A stretch of DNA of 64,000 nt from Methanobacteriota archaeon (GCA_963769885.1 CAVYNH010000006.1:64001-128000), one strand, 5' to 3'. Shown: positions 41,139 to 51,489, counted from the stretch's first letter. A program made the numbers and translations. The notes: generated from the sequence alone by a model not told the origin.

Positions 41139-41606
41139 ATGGAGCAAGGGCAGGTCACTCCCCTCGAGTTGCGTCTTGGCCACTCATTTTTGAACAAGGA
41201 CCTGCTCGTGACGGCGATGACGCATAAGACGTATGCGTTCGAGGCGCCGACGCCCTTGGAGTTCAACGAGCGGTTGGAGTTCCTCGGGGACAGTATCCTG
41301 AATTTTGTGGTCGCTGAACAATTGTCCTCGACGAACAAGTATTTCTCCGAGGGGGAGTTGACGCGGCGGCGGGCGATCGGGGTGAACAACAAGCTGCTGG
41401 CGGACGTTGCCAGGCAGCTGGGCATCGGGGAGTTCCTGTTGCTGGGCCGTGGCGAGCAGAAGCAGGGCGGGTCGGCGAACCTGTCGAACCTGGCGAACGC
41501 CCTGGAGGCGGTCATCGGGGCGATCTACCTAGACGCAGGGCTTTCGGCTGCACGGGACTTCATCCTGCAGAAGGTCTTCACCGCGGACCTCTTCTTCCTG
41601 AAGTAG
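41139..41606 (+). CDS. rnc: Ribonuclease III catalytic domain (no dsRBD)
   Basis: AMTHKTY, signature NERLEFLGDSIL, EGELT, ALEAVIGAIYLD; only 155 aa. Confidence 0.85.
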   Translation: MEQGQVTPLELRLGHSFLNKDLLVTAMTHKTYAFEAPTPLEFNERLEFLGDSILNFVVAEQLSSTNKYFSEGELTRRRAIGVNNKLLADVARQLGIGEFLLLGRGEQKQGGSANLSNLANALEAVIGAIYLDAGLSAARDFILQKVFTADLFFLK

Positions 41607-41642
41607 TTTCGTTTCGAAAAAAAGAAAAAAGGACGGGGTGTC

Positions 41643-41756
41643 TTATCCGACCATGAGTCGGAGGCAGAGCCCGATCATGAACACACTGGATAGAGTCGCG
41701 AGGTAGAACCAGGTCTTATCCCAGTCCTCTCTGACGAGCGCGTGCACTTTATCCAA
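41643..41756 (-). CDS. Small membrane peptide (37 aa, TTG start, not in ORF track)
   Basis: MDKVHALVREDWDKTWFYLATLSSVFMIGLCLRLMVG; GAGG upstream, TTATTAATA further upstream, T-run downstream. Confidence 0.55.
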   Translation of the reverse strand: MDKVHALVREDWDKTWFYLATLSSVFMIGLCLRLMVG

Positions 41757-41918
41757 CGTCCTCAGTCTCCTCGGATACGAGAATTCAGATGGTATTAATA
41801 AGCTTTCCCGCTAAAAACACCCGTTAAATAGACAGTACGGAAATTTGGCAGTCAAAATAACAAACAATGCTTTTATAGTGGGTCCTAGAAAAAGTACCTG
41901 GCCCTGAGAGGTTAGGCA

Positions 41919-42353
41919 ATGCTCGTAAGAGATATCATGACCAAAGAGGTCGTCACCATCGAAGCCAGTCAGACCGCAAAAGCCGCCTGCGAGATGTACA
42001 AGGACCGCGGCGTCGGCTGCCTCATCGTCACCCAAAACAGCCTCATCATCGGCATCCTCACCGAACGCGACATCATCGAACGCATCATCCTCGGCGAACG
42101 CAACCCCAAGACCACCACCGTCCACGACATCATGTCCACCAACATCAAGACCATCCACGGCTACGCCACCATCGAGACCGCCACCAAAGTCATGAAAGAC
42201 AACCACATCAAAAAACTCCCCGTCATCCTCAACAACAAGATCGTCGGCATCATCACCGCCACCGACATCTCCAACCGTGTTCCCCAATACACGCGCGAGG
42301 TCCAACTCTACGCCACCCAGGATGGCCCCTACCAACTCATCCCCGAACGATAA
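41919..42353 (+). CDS. CBS-pair domain protein
   Basis: VRDIMT, GILTERDI, HDIMS, GIITATDI. Confidence 0.92.
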   Translation: MLVRDIMTKEVVTIEASQTAKAACEMYKDRGVGCLIVTQNSLIIGILTERDIIERIILGERNPKTTTVHDIMSTNIKTIHGYATIETATKVMKDNHIKKLPVILNNKIVGIITATDISNRVPQYTREVQLYATQDGPYQLIPER

Positions 42354-42426
42354 GACACCAAGGAAAAAACGTGGGCTCCACCGCTTCCCTCACCAATATT
42401 ATATGTTGGCGACCCCGCGGCTCTTT

Positions 42427-42981
42427 CTATTTCTGATACTTCCAGTCCCGGTAGTACGCGAACCGACGACTGCGGGAAAATTGGTCCGGCGAGCCATCCG
42501 ACGACAGCGCGTCCCGGATGATGCCTTCGATGTCCCGCAACAAAATAGCGGACTCCTCCGTATCATAGTCCACCGTCATACTCGACCCATCCCGGTACAC
42601 CACGCCCTCCTCCGAGTCGAACGACATGGTCGGGCTCAGCTGCAGGTCCGGGTCGAACCGGTCGATCTCCTCCAGCTGCTTAAGCTGATAACAATCCTCC
42701 GCCATCCCAATCATGGTCCGGTACCGCTGGATCTCCTGCGGGCCCCGCGCGGCCTTGATGCAGTCCTGCAGCGTCGAGACCACCGCCGGCAGCTCCGCTA
42801 TCGACAGGCCCAACAGGACCTCGCGCCAGAACCAGCTGTAGACCTTGCTGCCCCGCGCATTGACATGCTCCGGGGCACGATCCGGATACAGGATCACCCG
42901 GCCGCCCAGCGTCCGATGACGACGACGCCACTCCGACCGCTGACGGTCAAGCTCCCGCTTCTTCGGTGCACTCACTGCCAT
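42427..42981 (-). CDS. Hypothetical protein
   Basis: 184-aa ORF with protein-like composition and an AT-rich promoter region upstream (42995-43040). Confidence 0.65.
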   Translation of the reverse strand: MAVSAPKKRELDRQRSEWRRRHRTLGGRVILYPDRAPEHVNARGSKVYSWFWREVLLGLSIAELPAVVSTLQDCIKAARGPQEIQRYRTMIGMAEDCYQLKQLEEIDRFDPDLQLSPTMSFDSEEGVVYRDGSSMTVDYDTEESAILLRDIEGIIRDALSSDGSPDQFSRSRRFAYYRDWKYQK

Positions 42982-43197
42982 GCATTCTCACGACACATTA
43001 TTACAAATAGTATAATATAAATATTATGGAATAAATAAAAGACGCCGTCGCGCCGAGAAAAAAACGAGGCCACGGACAACGCGCCAACGCTCCCCGACTT
43101 TTCTTCCCTCAACACCTAAAAAAACCCGCTCAGCCCCTTCCCGAAGCTCGGAACATTTAAATAGATTGCAACAAATAGATAAGTTGGGGAACCTCAT

Positions 43198-45090
43198 ATG
43201 AAGAAACTCCTTTCCTGCTTCCTCTTAGCCATGGTGCTACTCCCGACTGCCGCTGCAGCCGCCACCATCCTTCCCCTACCCTCCACCCACACCCTCACCC
43301 AGACCATCATCTTCCATCCCCCACAGATCACCCAAACCGGCGGCCATAGCACCATCGCCATCGACAACACCAACACCCGCCTCAGCCAACCAGGCGCCCC
43401 AAGCCTCCCCGAACAGCTCCTCACCTACACCTTCCCCCTCGGCACCATTATCACCTCAATTTCCGTCCACTTAGCCGCCGACCAGACCTACCAGCTCCCG
43501 ACAGCCCTCGACTGCCTCGCATCGCCCCTGACCATCGTTGATGACACCGCCCTGTCTGCACCCGTGATGGCCGCAAGCCTCGAAGCCTATCCTCAGCAGC
43601 ACTGGACCTATGACCTGGGCGCCGGCCTCCTCGGAACACAGCACACCCTCTACCTCAATGTCCGTCTCACCCCCGTCCAGTACCACCAGGCGGCCCAGAC
43701 CATCAGCTTCTCCCCCACCGCGTCTGTGACAATCCAGTATCAAGACCCGGTCTCGAATCCCGCTTCCCTCAAAGGGAGCTATGACCTGGTCATCATCGCC
43801 CCTGAGAAGTTCACGGATGCCCTCACGCCCCTTGTCAACCATAAAATCGCCCATGGAGTCTCAACCCTGCTCGTGGCCAGGGAAACAATCTGCAACAATA
43901 CCAACTACTCCCAAGGCCGCGACTGCGCCGAGAAACTCAAACTCTTCATCAAAGACTGCATCGAGCAGTACAACATCTCCAGCGTCCTGCTCGTCGGCGG
44001 CCGCAAGGGCGGCATCCTGAAAGAGAAATGGTGGATGCCCGTCCGCTACAGCCACCTCGACGATGAATCCGATTTCGAGGCAAGCTACCTTTCCGACCTC
44101 TACTTCGCCGACATCTACAAGTACGACAACCAATCGGGAAAAACCTTCGAAGACTGGGACTCCAACGGCAACGGCGTCTTCGCCGAATGGAACAGCAACG
44201 GCAAAGACATCCTCGACATGTACCCCGATATCGCAATCGGCAGGCTCGCCTGCAAAAACCTCCATGAGGTCAAGACCGTCGTCAAGAAGATCATGACCTA
44301 TGAGAACACCACCGCAGGCACAGACTGGTTCAAGACCCTGATCGTCGCCGGCGGCGACAGCTCCCCCTGGGACAAGTGGAACGAAGGCGAAGAGGAGAAC
44401 AAGGTCGCGATCAGCTACCTGCCCGACTTCACCTCCGTCAAGCTGTGGACCTCGGACGGCAGCCTCAACAGCACAGACGACGTCATCACCGCCGCCCGCA
44501 ACGGCAGCGGGTTCCTGTTCTTCGACGGCCACGGCAACCCCTCGCTGTGGGCCACGCATCCCCACAACTCAACAACATGGATCGACGGCCTCTTCTCCTC
44601 GGACATGATCAAACTGCGCAACGGCGACAAGCTGCCCATCATCGTCTGCGGCGCCTGCCATAACGCCCAGTTCAACGTCTCCCTCGGCAACCTCATTAAA
44701 TGCTTCCTGCAGCAGCCGCTCACGTATTTCAAGCACCGGTTCTATTACATGGACTGGATCCCCGAATGCTGGGCCTGGCGGTCCGTCAGCGTCCCCAACG
44801 GCGGCAGCATCGCCTGCCTGGCGTACGCCGGCCTCGACTGGTTCACCGAAGGGGACGGTAACCATGACGGCATCCCGGACTGCGTCCAGCTCTACAGCGG
44901 ATACATGAACTGTAACTTCTTCTATAACTACGGCGTCCGCAACATCACCACGCTCGGGCAGACCGTTGCCCAGGACATCACCGGCTACCTCACGAAATAC
45001 CCCCCCATGGCCTACAAACTCGACTGCAAGACCTGCCAGGAGTTCACCCTCCTCGGCGACCCGACCCTCATGATCGGCGGGTACTCATAA
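43198..45090 (+). CDS. Secreted gingipain-like C25 cysteine peptidase with propeptide
   Basis: Signal peptide; PGAPSLP propeptide; VLLVGG, SDLYFAD, PDIAIGRL, GHGNP (His), GACHN (Cys), LLGDPTL. Confidence 0.93.
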   Translation: MKKLLSCFLLAMVLLPTAAAAATILPLPSTHTLTQTIIFHPPQITQTGGHSTIAIDNTNTRLSQPGAPSLPEQLLTYTFPLGTIITSISVHLAADQTYQLPTALDCLASPLTIVDDTALSAPVMAASLEAYPQQHWTYDLGAGLLGTQHTLYLNVRLTPVQYHQAAQTISFSPTASVTIQYQDPVSNPASLKGSYDLVIIAPEKFTDALTPLVNHKIAHGVSTLLVARETICNNTNYSQGRDCAEKLKLFIKDCIEQYNISSVLLVGGRKGGILKEKWWMPVRYSHLDDESDFEASYLSDLYFADIYKYDNQSGKTFEDWDSNGNGVFAEWNSNGKDILDMYPDIAIGRLACKNLHEVKTVVKKIMTYENTTAGTDWFKTLIVAGGDSSPWDKWNEGEEENKVAISYLPDFTSVKLWTSDGSLNSTDDVITAARNGSGFLFFDGHGNPSLWATHPHNSTTWIDGLFSSDMIKLRNGDKLPIIVCGACHNAQFNVSLGNLIKCFLQQPLTYFKHRFYYMDWIPECWAWRSVSVPNGGSIACLAYAGLDWFTEGDGNHDGIPDCVQLYSGYMNCNFFYNYGVRNITTLGQTVAQDITGYLTKYPPMAYKLDCKTCQEFTLLGDPTLMIGGYS

Positions 45091-45126
45091 GAAAAGAAAA
45101 GGAACGAAAGCAAAAGGTGAACCGTA

Positions 45127-47406
45127 ATGCCCATCAAAAAAACCCTATGTTTTAGCCTCGGCACGCTACTGCTCGCCAGCGCGCTCATCGTCCCCAGCGC
45201 CCTCGCAAACCAAAATAGTCTCTATGTCGATGACCTCGTACGCATCCCCATCACCAACGGGTTGCCCACCCTCCCGCGAGGCGTGGAGATCGCCGGCGGC
45301 GTCACAGGACAGGCCGTCGACATCATCATCCCCGCCTACCGCGAAGGCGAACTCACCGCCCTCGGCCTCACCTACAGCATCCTGGTCCACGACATCGACG
45401 CCTACAGCGCCGGCTACCGCGGCCAGTACCACAGCCTCGCCCAGATGGAGACGTTCCTGCAGACCACGGCCAGCGCCTACTCCAACATCTGCCAGCTCAC
45501 CAGCCTCGGAAAAACCTACCTCAACCGCGACATCTGGTGCCTAGAGATCTCCGACCACCCTGGCGTCGAGGAAGGAGAACTCGCCGTCGCGTTCATCGGC
45601 GTCCACCACGCCAGAGAATGGCCCGGCATGGAGATCACCCTCAACCTCATCAACCTCCTCACCAGCGGATACGCCTCCAACACCACAATCCAGAACCTCG
45701 TCAACAACCGCCGCATCTTCATCGTCCCCTGCATGAACGCCGACGGCTACTACCACAGCCACGACCAAAGCGTCGACTGGCGTAAGAACATGCACTACTT
45801 CCCCCAATACAGTAGCACCGGCGTCGACCTCAACCGCAACTACGCCGGCTCCTGCAACGGCGTCGGCCTCGGCGAATGGGGCACCGTCTACCAAGACGCC
45901 GCCAGCCACCACGCCCCTGAAGAAGTCTACTGCGGACCCGGCCCCAACTCAGAGCTCGAAGTCCAAGCCATCGAAAGCCTCTTCACCGCCCACAACATCT
46001 GCGCCGCCATCAGCTGGCACACCTATGAAGAACTCGTCCTCTGGCCCTACGGCTACGCCAACACCCAGACCCCGGACAATACCTACCTCGTCCAGGTCGG
46101 CCAACAGATCGCCGCCCGCATCCACAAACAGTCCGGCGGCGGCACCTACACCCCCCAGCAGAGCGTCGGCCTCTACCCGACCACCGGAGACATGCTCGAC
46201 TGGCTCTACGGCTACTCCTACTACGAACTCGGCCACTCCTGCTTCTGCTACACCATCGAAGCCTGCAGCTCCTTCCAACCTTCCCAAAGCTACCTCGACC
46301 AGATCTGCGCCGAGAACGCCCGCGGCGGCTTTTATCTTCTCACTGAAGCCCAGAACATCAGCCAGATCGCCCAACACCCCACCCGACCCACCATCACCCC
46401 CATACCCGTCAACGACACCGGCACCTACACCCTTCACTGGCAGGTCGCCAACCCCACCTGCAACCCCGACCAATACGAGCTCGACGAGCTCACCGGCCTA
46501 AGCCTGACCACCGACGGCGCCGAGACCGGCATGACCAACTGGGCCAGCAGCGGCTTCACCGTCTCCACCCAGCACGCCCACTCCGGCACCAGCAGCTTCA
46601 AAGGAAACCCCGCCAACGACCAGACCTCCACCCTCACCTCCGCCACCCCCATCCCCGTCACCCCCGGCATGACCCTGGACTACTGGACCTACTTCAACAC
46701 CGAACAATACTTCGACTACGGCTTCGCCGAGGCCAGCATCGACGGCCGCGTCTACGACGTCCTCGGCAACTTCACCGGCACCGGCACCACCTGGACCGAG
46801 CACCAAGCAGACCTCAGCGCATACGTCGGCAAATCCGTGTTCCTCCGCTTCCGCTACGTCACCGACAGCAGCACCGCCGGCGAAGGCTTCTACGTCGACG
46901 ACATCACCCCCGTCGCCACCTTCGCCCAGAACACCACCCTCTCCAACACCCTCACCGCCCCGCAGTACACCTGCCACGACCGGCCCAACGGCACTTACTA
47001 CTACCGCGCCAGGGCCCACACCGCCGCCCGCGGCTGGGGCGACTTCTCCACGATCCAGACCGTGACCGTCGCCATCACCCACCACGGCAACGACACCACC
47101 CCACCGACCGTCAACATCACCAGCCCCACCTCCCGCTACCTCTACTTATTCAACCACCCCATCTGCCCGTTCTTCACCACCCTGATTATCGGAAAGATTA
47201 CGGTCAGCGCGGCGGCCACAGATGATGTCGGCATCGCCCAAGTCGACTTCTACGTCGACGACGTCCTGATGTACACCGACATCACACAGCCCTACAGCTG
47301 GGACTGGACCAACCACACCACCGGTAAACACACCCTCAAAGTCGTCGCCACCGACACCTCCGACAACACCGCCGAACAAGATCTCACCGTCCGCAAGTTC
47401 CTCTAA
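45127..47406 (+). CDS. Secreted M14 zinc carboxypeptidase with beta-sandwich and C-terminal Ig-like domains
   Basis: HHAREW, NADG, WRKN, GVDLNRNY, SWHTY, TIE; GKSVFLRFRY.TD...GFYVDDI. Confidence 0.93.
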   Translation: MPIKKTLCFSLGTLLLASALIVPSALANQNSLYVDDLVRIPITNGLPTLPRGVEIAGGVTGQAVDIIIPAYREGELTALGLTYSILVHDIDAYSAGYRGQYHSLAQMETFLQTTASAYSNICQLTSLGKTYLNRDIWCLEISDHPGVEEGELAVAFIGVHHAREWPGMEITLNLINLLTSGYASNTTIQNLVNNRRIFIVPCMNADGYYHSHDQSVDWRKNMHYFPQYSSTGVDLNRNYAGSCNGVGLGEWGTVYQDAASHHAPEEVYCGPGPNSELEVQAIESLFTAHNICAAISWHTYEELVLWPYGYANTQTPDNTYLVQVGQQIAARIHKQSGGGTYTPQQSVGLYPTTGDMLDWLYGYSYYELGHSCFCYTIEACSSFQPSQSYLDQICAENARGGFYLLTEAQNISQIAQHPTRPTITPIPVNDTGTYTLHWQVANPTCNPDQYELDELTGLSLTTDGAETGMTNWASSGFTVSTQHAHSGTSSFKGNPANDQTSTLTSATPIPVTPGMTLDYWTYFNTEQYFDYGFAEASIDGRVYDVLGNFTGTGTTWTEHQADLSAYVGKSVFLRFRYVTDSSTAGEGFYVDDITPVATFAQNTTLSNTLTAPQYTCHDRPNGTYYYRARAHTAARGWGDFSTIQTVTVAITHHGNDTTPPTVNITSPTSRYLYLFNHPICPFFTTLIIGKITVSAAATDDVGIAQVDFYVDDVLMYTDITQPYSWDWTNHTTGKHTLKVVATDTSDNTAEQDLTVRKFL

Positions 47407-47418
47407 AACGGACGACCT

Positions 47419-47442
47419 CCCCTCTCTTTTTTTCTCCTTTTT
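47419..47442 (+). terminator. Archaeal oligo-T terminator
   Basis: CCCCTCTCTTTTTTTCTCCTTTTT just after the M14 stop. Confidence 0.55.
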
Positions 47443-47503
47443 AAGCTTCGAGCAAGATTTTAAATAGACTCTCAGCCTACTTTCCTCCATAGGGGGAAAC
47501 ACG

Positions 47504-49370
47504 TTGAAAAAATGCCTTTCGCTACTCATCATCGGAGGCCTTCTCTTCACCGGACTCGGCGCAAGTCAACCCGCGTCTACGACCGCGCCACTACTCACCC
47601 AGACTATGACTGTCTCATTCTCCCCACCACGGTTTCTTGACACGAACAGCGCACTCAACATTATCCTGCCCGAGGCAACCTCGTATACAAAGACACCTGG
47701 GCAGCCGATGCTCCCGGTCGTCACCCAAGTCTTCACCCTCCCCTTCCGCACCCAGGTCACCTCTGTCTCCGTCAGCTTCTCCCAACCCCACCAGTACCTC
47801 CCTAGAGATGCCCCTTGCCGCCGCAATGTCGCCCCTTACTGACACCCCCGAACCAATTTCCACGACAGACTCGACCAGCAGCTACTCCACGCCAAGCTTC
47901 AGCTCCCACGTCGCTGCCGGGCGCAGCGGCGATTCGCTCGCGACCTATCTCGCCGTGAACCTCCGGCCTGTCGGCGTCGACCCCGCAGCCATGACCGCCA
48001 TCTATGCCGGGCAGGCGACCATCACGTTCGATTATGTCCTGCCGCAGCCGATGCCCGCTCCACGTGAAAACTACACGCTCGTGGTCATCGCCCCACAAAA
48101 ATTTATCTCGGCCCTCCAGCCGCTCATCACTCACAAGACCGCCAACGGAATAACATCGCGGCTCGTCGCCCGCGAGGACGTCTGCAACGGCACCATCTTC
48201 CCCGCCGTCGGCCGTGACTGCGCTGAGAGAATCAAGTATTTCATCAAAGACGCCATCGAACAGTGGAACACCTCCTACGTCCTGCTCGTCGGCGGCCGCA
48301 AAGGCGGCATCCAGAAAGAGACCTGGTGGATGCCCCCACGGTACTCGCACCTCAACGACGGTGGTGAAGCAACCTACCTGACCGACCTGTACTTCGAGGA
48401 TATCTACACCCCGAACGGCAGCTTCTCCAGCTGGGACAGCAACGGCAACGGCGTCTTCGCGGAATGGACCAACACCAGCAAGGACATCCTTGATATGTAC
48501 CCAGACGTCTATGTGAGCCGGCTGCCGTGCACCTCCGTAGCCCAAGTGAAGACCATCGTTAAGAAGATCACAACCTATGAAACCAAGACCGCGGGGTCGG
48601 ACTGGTTCCATACGTTCATCGGCGTCGCCGGCGACACCTACCCTGAGAACGATACCTACTACGAAGGCGAGATGGCGACCAACATGTCCTACAGCTTCCT
48701 GAAGCCGCTGGGGTTCACCCCCGTCTTCCTGTGGACGTCGCTAGGGACCTTGACCGATAAGCAGGATATCATCGCCGCGATGAACCAGGGTGCGGGGTTC
48801 GTGCACTTCTCCGGACATGGCAACCCCTCGGTCTGGAGCACGCATGCGCCGCACAACAAGACGTTCATTGATGGTCCCACAACGTTTGACATGCACAAGC
48901 TGCGGAACGGGGCGAAGCTGCCGGTGGTCATCGTCGGCGGCTGCCACAACGCCCAGTACAACACGAACCTCTGCAACATCATCCTTGGCGTTCTTCATGA
49001 TGGCCTGCATTATTTTGCTTGGAAGAAGCCGATCGGCCGGTTCTGGTACAACGAGTGGGTGCCGCGGTGCTGGGCATGGAGCATGGCGGTGCAGCCCCAG
49101 GGCGGCTGCATCGGCATCATCGCCAACACCGGGCTGGGGTACGGGCAGCCTGGGTCTCAGACGCTGAATATGTCTGGTCGGTTCCTGGAATGGCTGTTCT
49201 TCAAGAGCTATGCGGAGGGGAATACGCATCTCGGGGCGACTCATGGTGTCGAGCTCATGGAGTACATGAATGAGTATCCGCCCATGGAGAATCAGATGGA
49301 CTGCAAGATCATCCAGGAATGGGGGCTGCTGGGGGATCCGAGCCTGCAGATCGGTGGGTTCTCGTCGTAG
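47504..49370 (+). CDS. Second gingipain-like C25 peptidase, split by a frameshift near 47800
   Basis: 47504-47800 gives signal peptide plus PGQPMLP propeptide; other frame continues LEMPLA...GHGNP...GGCHN...LLGDPSL; clearly paralogous to 43198-45090. Confidence 0.88.
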
Positions 49371-49419
49371 ACCATTTCCTGAAGAAATATTTATATACTC
49401 TCCAGGATTAATTTACGTT

Positions 49420-50730
49420 ATGCGTCGCCTGGGACGGCTTGGGACATTGATGCTCTGCATTTTCTGCATGGTGCTTCTCCTTTGTCCGATGGCCGTTTCC
49501 AGATCCGTGCCTTGTGATGGTGCTGCCGTTCCTGTGAGTGTAGGGGATGCCCACTCGCTTATTGGGCGGATCACGCCTGAGCTTTTGCATGAGTATCTTG
49601 GGCGCCTGTGCGCGTTCGGCCCTCGGTATACGGGGACGGTGACCTGCGGGGTCGCCAGCGAGTATATCTATGATGCGTTCGCGGCGTTGGGTTTGGCAGT
49701 TGAGTACCATCCATGGGAGTATGATAGGATCATTGGTCGGGATGTGGTCGCGACGCTTCCTGGTATCCTGCCGGATAGTGATGGGGTGTACATCGTCTGC
49801 GGCCATTACGATACCGTGTTGGTGTCGCCGGGGGCGGATGATGACGGCTCGGGCGCGATGGCGGTGCTGGCGATCGCGACGGCGTTGAAGGACCAGCGGT
49901 TGAACCATACGGTGAAGTTCATCACGTTTGCGGGGGAGGAGCGGGGGACGTACGGGAGTTTCACGTATGCGCGTGAGGCTGCGGCGCGGGGGGACAATAT
50001 CCTCGCCGTGTTGAATATGGATATGGTTGGGTACGCGAACACGACTGCAGGGGGTCGGGTGCTGCGGTTTTATCCGCCGGACCGGGCCGTGTGGATCGGA
50101 CAGTATGCGACGGAGATCTGTCGGAAGTACCATGATGTCGTGGATTTGTCGATTGAGATTCGGCCGAACTATCGGGGGAATGATGCGCAGTCGTTTCTTG
50201 ACTACGGGTACGATGGTGTGTGGATTGCGCATGCGGATGGGTACCCGTGGGGGCATTCGCAGTACGATAACCTGTCGCACATCAACTGGTCATATTATAC
50301 GAAAGTGGCGCGGTTCATGTGTGCGTTGACCTGGGAGATCGGGATGCGGCCGGTGCCGGTGCAGGTGCATCTGACGGCGCCGGATGAGGGCCGGGTGTAT
50401 GTGTTGAACCGGTCGTTGTTCCGGGCGGATTTCGGGAAGGAGTGGACGACTGGGCTGCGGGGGACGACGATCATCTTTGGGCATCGGGTGGTGGCACGTG
50501 CCGAGGTGATTAGTAGCGAACCGGTGCAGAATGTGGTGTTCTGCATCGACGGGGATTTCATGAGGTGGGAGTCGTCGCCGCCGTATGCGTGGACGATCTT
50601 GGGGTGGATGGCCCCGCTCTTTGGGCGTCACACGCTGCGGGTGATTGCGTACACGACGGCTGGGCATACCGCTGAGGATGAGATGGATTTGATAGTGTTC
50701 AGTCTTAAGGATTCGTTCAGCCGTTGGTGA
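49420..50730 (+). CDS. Secreted M28 peptidase with C-terminal Ig-like domain
   Basis: GHYD, PGADDDGSG, GEERG, NMDMVG, H near C-terminus of the catalytic domain; start ATG 49420 after TTTATATA. Confidence 0.9.
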   Translation: MRRLGRLGTLMLCIFCMVLLLCPMAVSRSVPCDGAAVPVSVGDAHSLIGRITPELLHEYLGRLCAFGPRYTGTVTCGVASEYIYDAFAALGLAVEYHPWEYDRIIGRDVVATLPGILPDSDGVYIVCGHYDTVLVSPGADDDGSGAMAVLAIATALKDQRLNHTVKFITFAGEERGTYGSFTYAREAAARGDNILAVLNMDMVGYANTTAGGRVLRFYPPDRAVWIGQYATEICRKYHDVVDLSIEIRPNYRGNDAQSFLDYGYDGVWIAHADGYPWGHSQYDNLSHINWSYYTKVARFMCALTWEIGMRPVPVQVHLTAPDEGRVYVLNRSLFRADFGKEWTTGLRGTTIIFGHRVVARAEVISSEPVQNVVFCIDGDFMRWESSPPYAWTILGWMAPLFGRHTLRVIAYTTAGHTAEDEMDLIVFSLKDSFSRW

Positions 50731-50744
50731 ATGGGGGAAGAGGA

Positions 50745-51431
50745 GTGACGATACGTAGGATGCGCTGTGTTGCTGTTTTCTGTCTTGTGGTGGTTGGGTT
50801 TGGCTGGGTGCCGGCCCATGGGTCTGCGGGCGGGTCGCGGGTGGTGTTGGTGACGGGGTTTGAGCCGTTTGGGAACTACTTGGTGAACCCGTCGGGGTTG
50901 ATCGCGGAGGCGTTGAATGGAACCGTGATTGGGAATGCCACCATCGTTGGGGTGGTGTTGCCGGTGAATTTCACGACGGCGGTGGAGGCGGTGGACGCGG
51001 CGATCGATGTGTATCGTCCGGTGGTGGTGGTGAGTGTGGGGTTGAATGCGCGGGTGCATCGGTTGGCGGTGGAGCATTGGGGGGTGAATCTGATGCGGCT
51101 GCCGCGGGGGAGCGCGGTCGTGCGGTTGCGGCGTCTGGTGGTGGGTGGGCCGTGGGTGCGTCCGGTGTCGGTGCCGGTCTCGGAGTGTGTTCGTTCTTTG
51201 CGGGGGGTGGGTGTGCCGGTGCGGGGGAGTTGGTGGGCGGGGACGTATGTGTGTAATGCGGTGTTGTATGGGGAGCTTGGGCATGTTGCTGCGGTGGGGT
51301 TGGGGGCGGTGGTGGGGTTTGTGCATGTGCCGCTGCTGGATTCGCAGGATCCTGGTGGGCTGCCGCTTGCGGTCGAGGTTGAGGGGATCCGTGGTGTGGT
51401 GTCGTGCTGTCTGGGGTCGGTCGCGGGCTGA
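50745..51431 (+). CDS. pcp: Pyroglutamyl-peptidase I (C15) with apparent signal peptide; start uncertain (50745 or 50760)
   Basis: VLVTGFEPFG..VNPS, AVE (Glu), AGTYVCN (Cys), GFVHVP (His). Confidence 0.88.
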   Translation: MTIRRMRCVAVFCLVVVGFGWVPAHGSAGGSRVVLVTGFEPFGNYLVNPSGLIAEALNGTVIGNATIVGVVLPVNFTTAVEAVDAAIDVYRPVVVVSVGLNARVHRLAVEHWGVNLMRLPRGSAVVRLRRLVVGGPWVRPVSVPVSECVRSLRGVGVPVRGSWWAGTYVCNAVLYGELGHVAAVGLGAVVGFVHVPLLDSQDPGGLPLAVEVEGIRGVVSCCLGSVAG

Positions 51432-51489
51432 TTTGTGATCGTTGGTTGTTGAAAATATTTATAAGGGTTTGTGTGCTGTTTGGGTGTGG

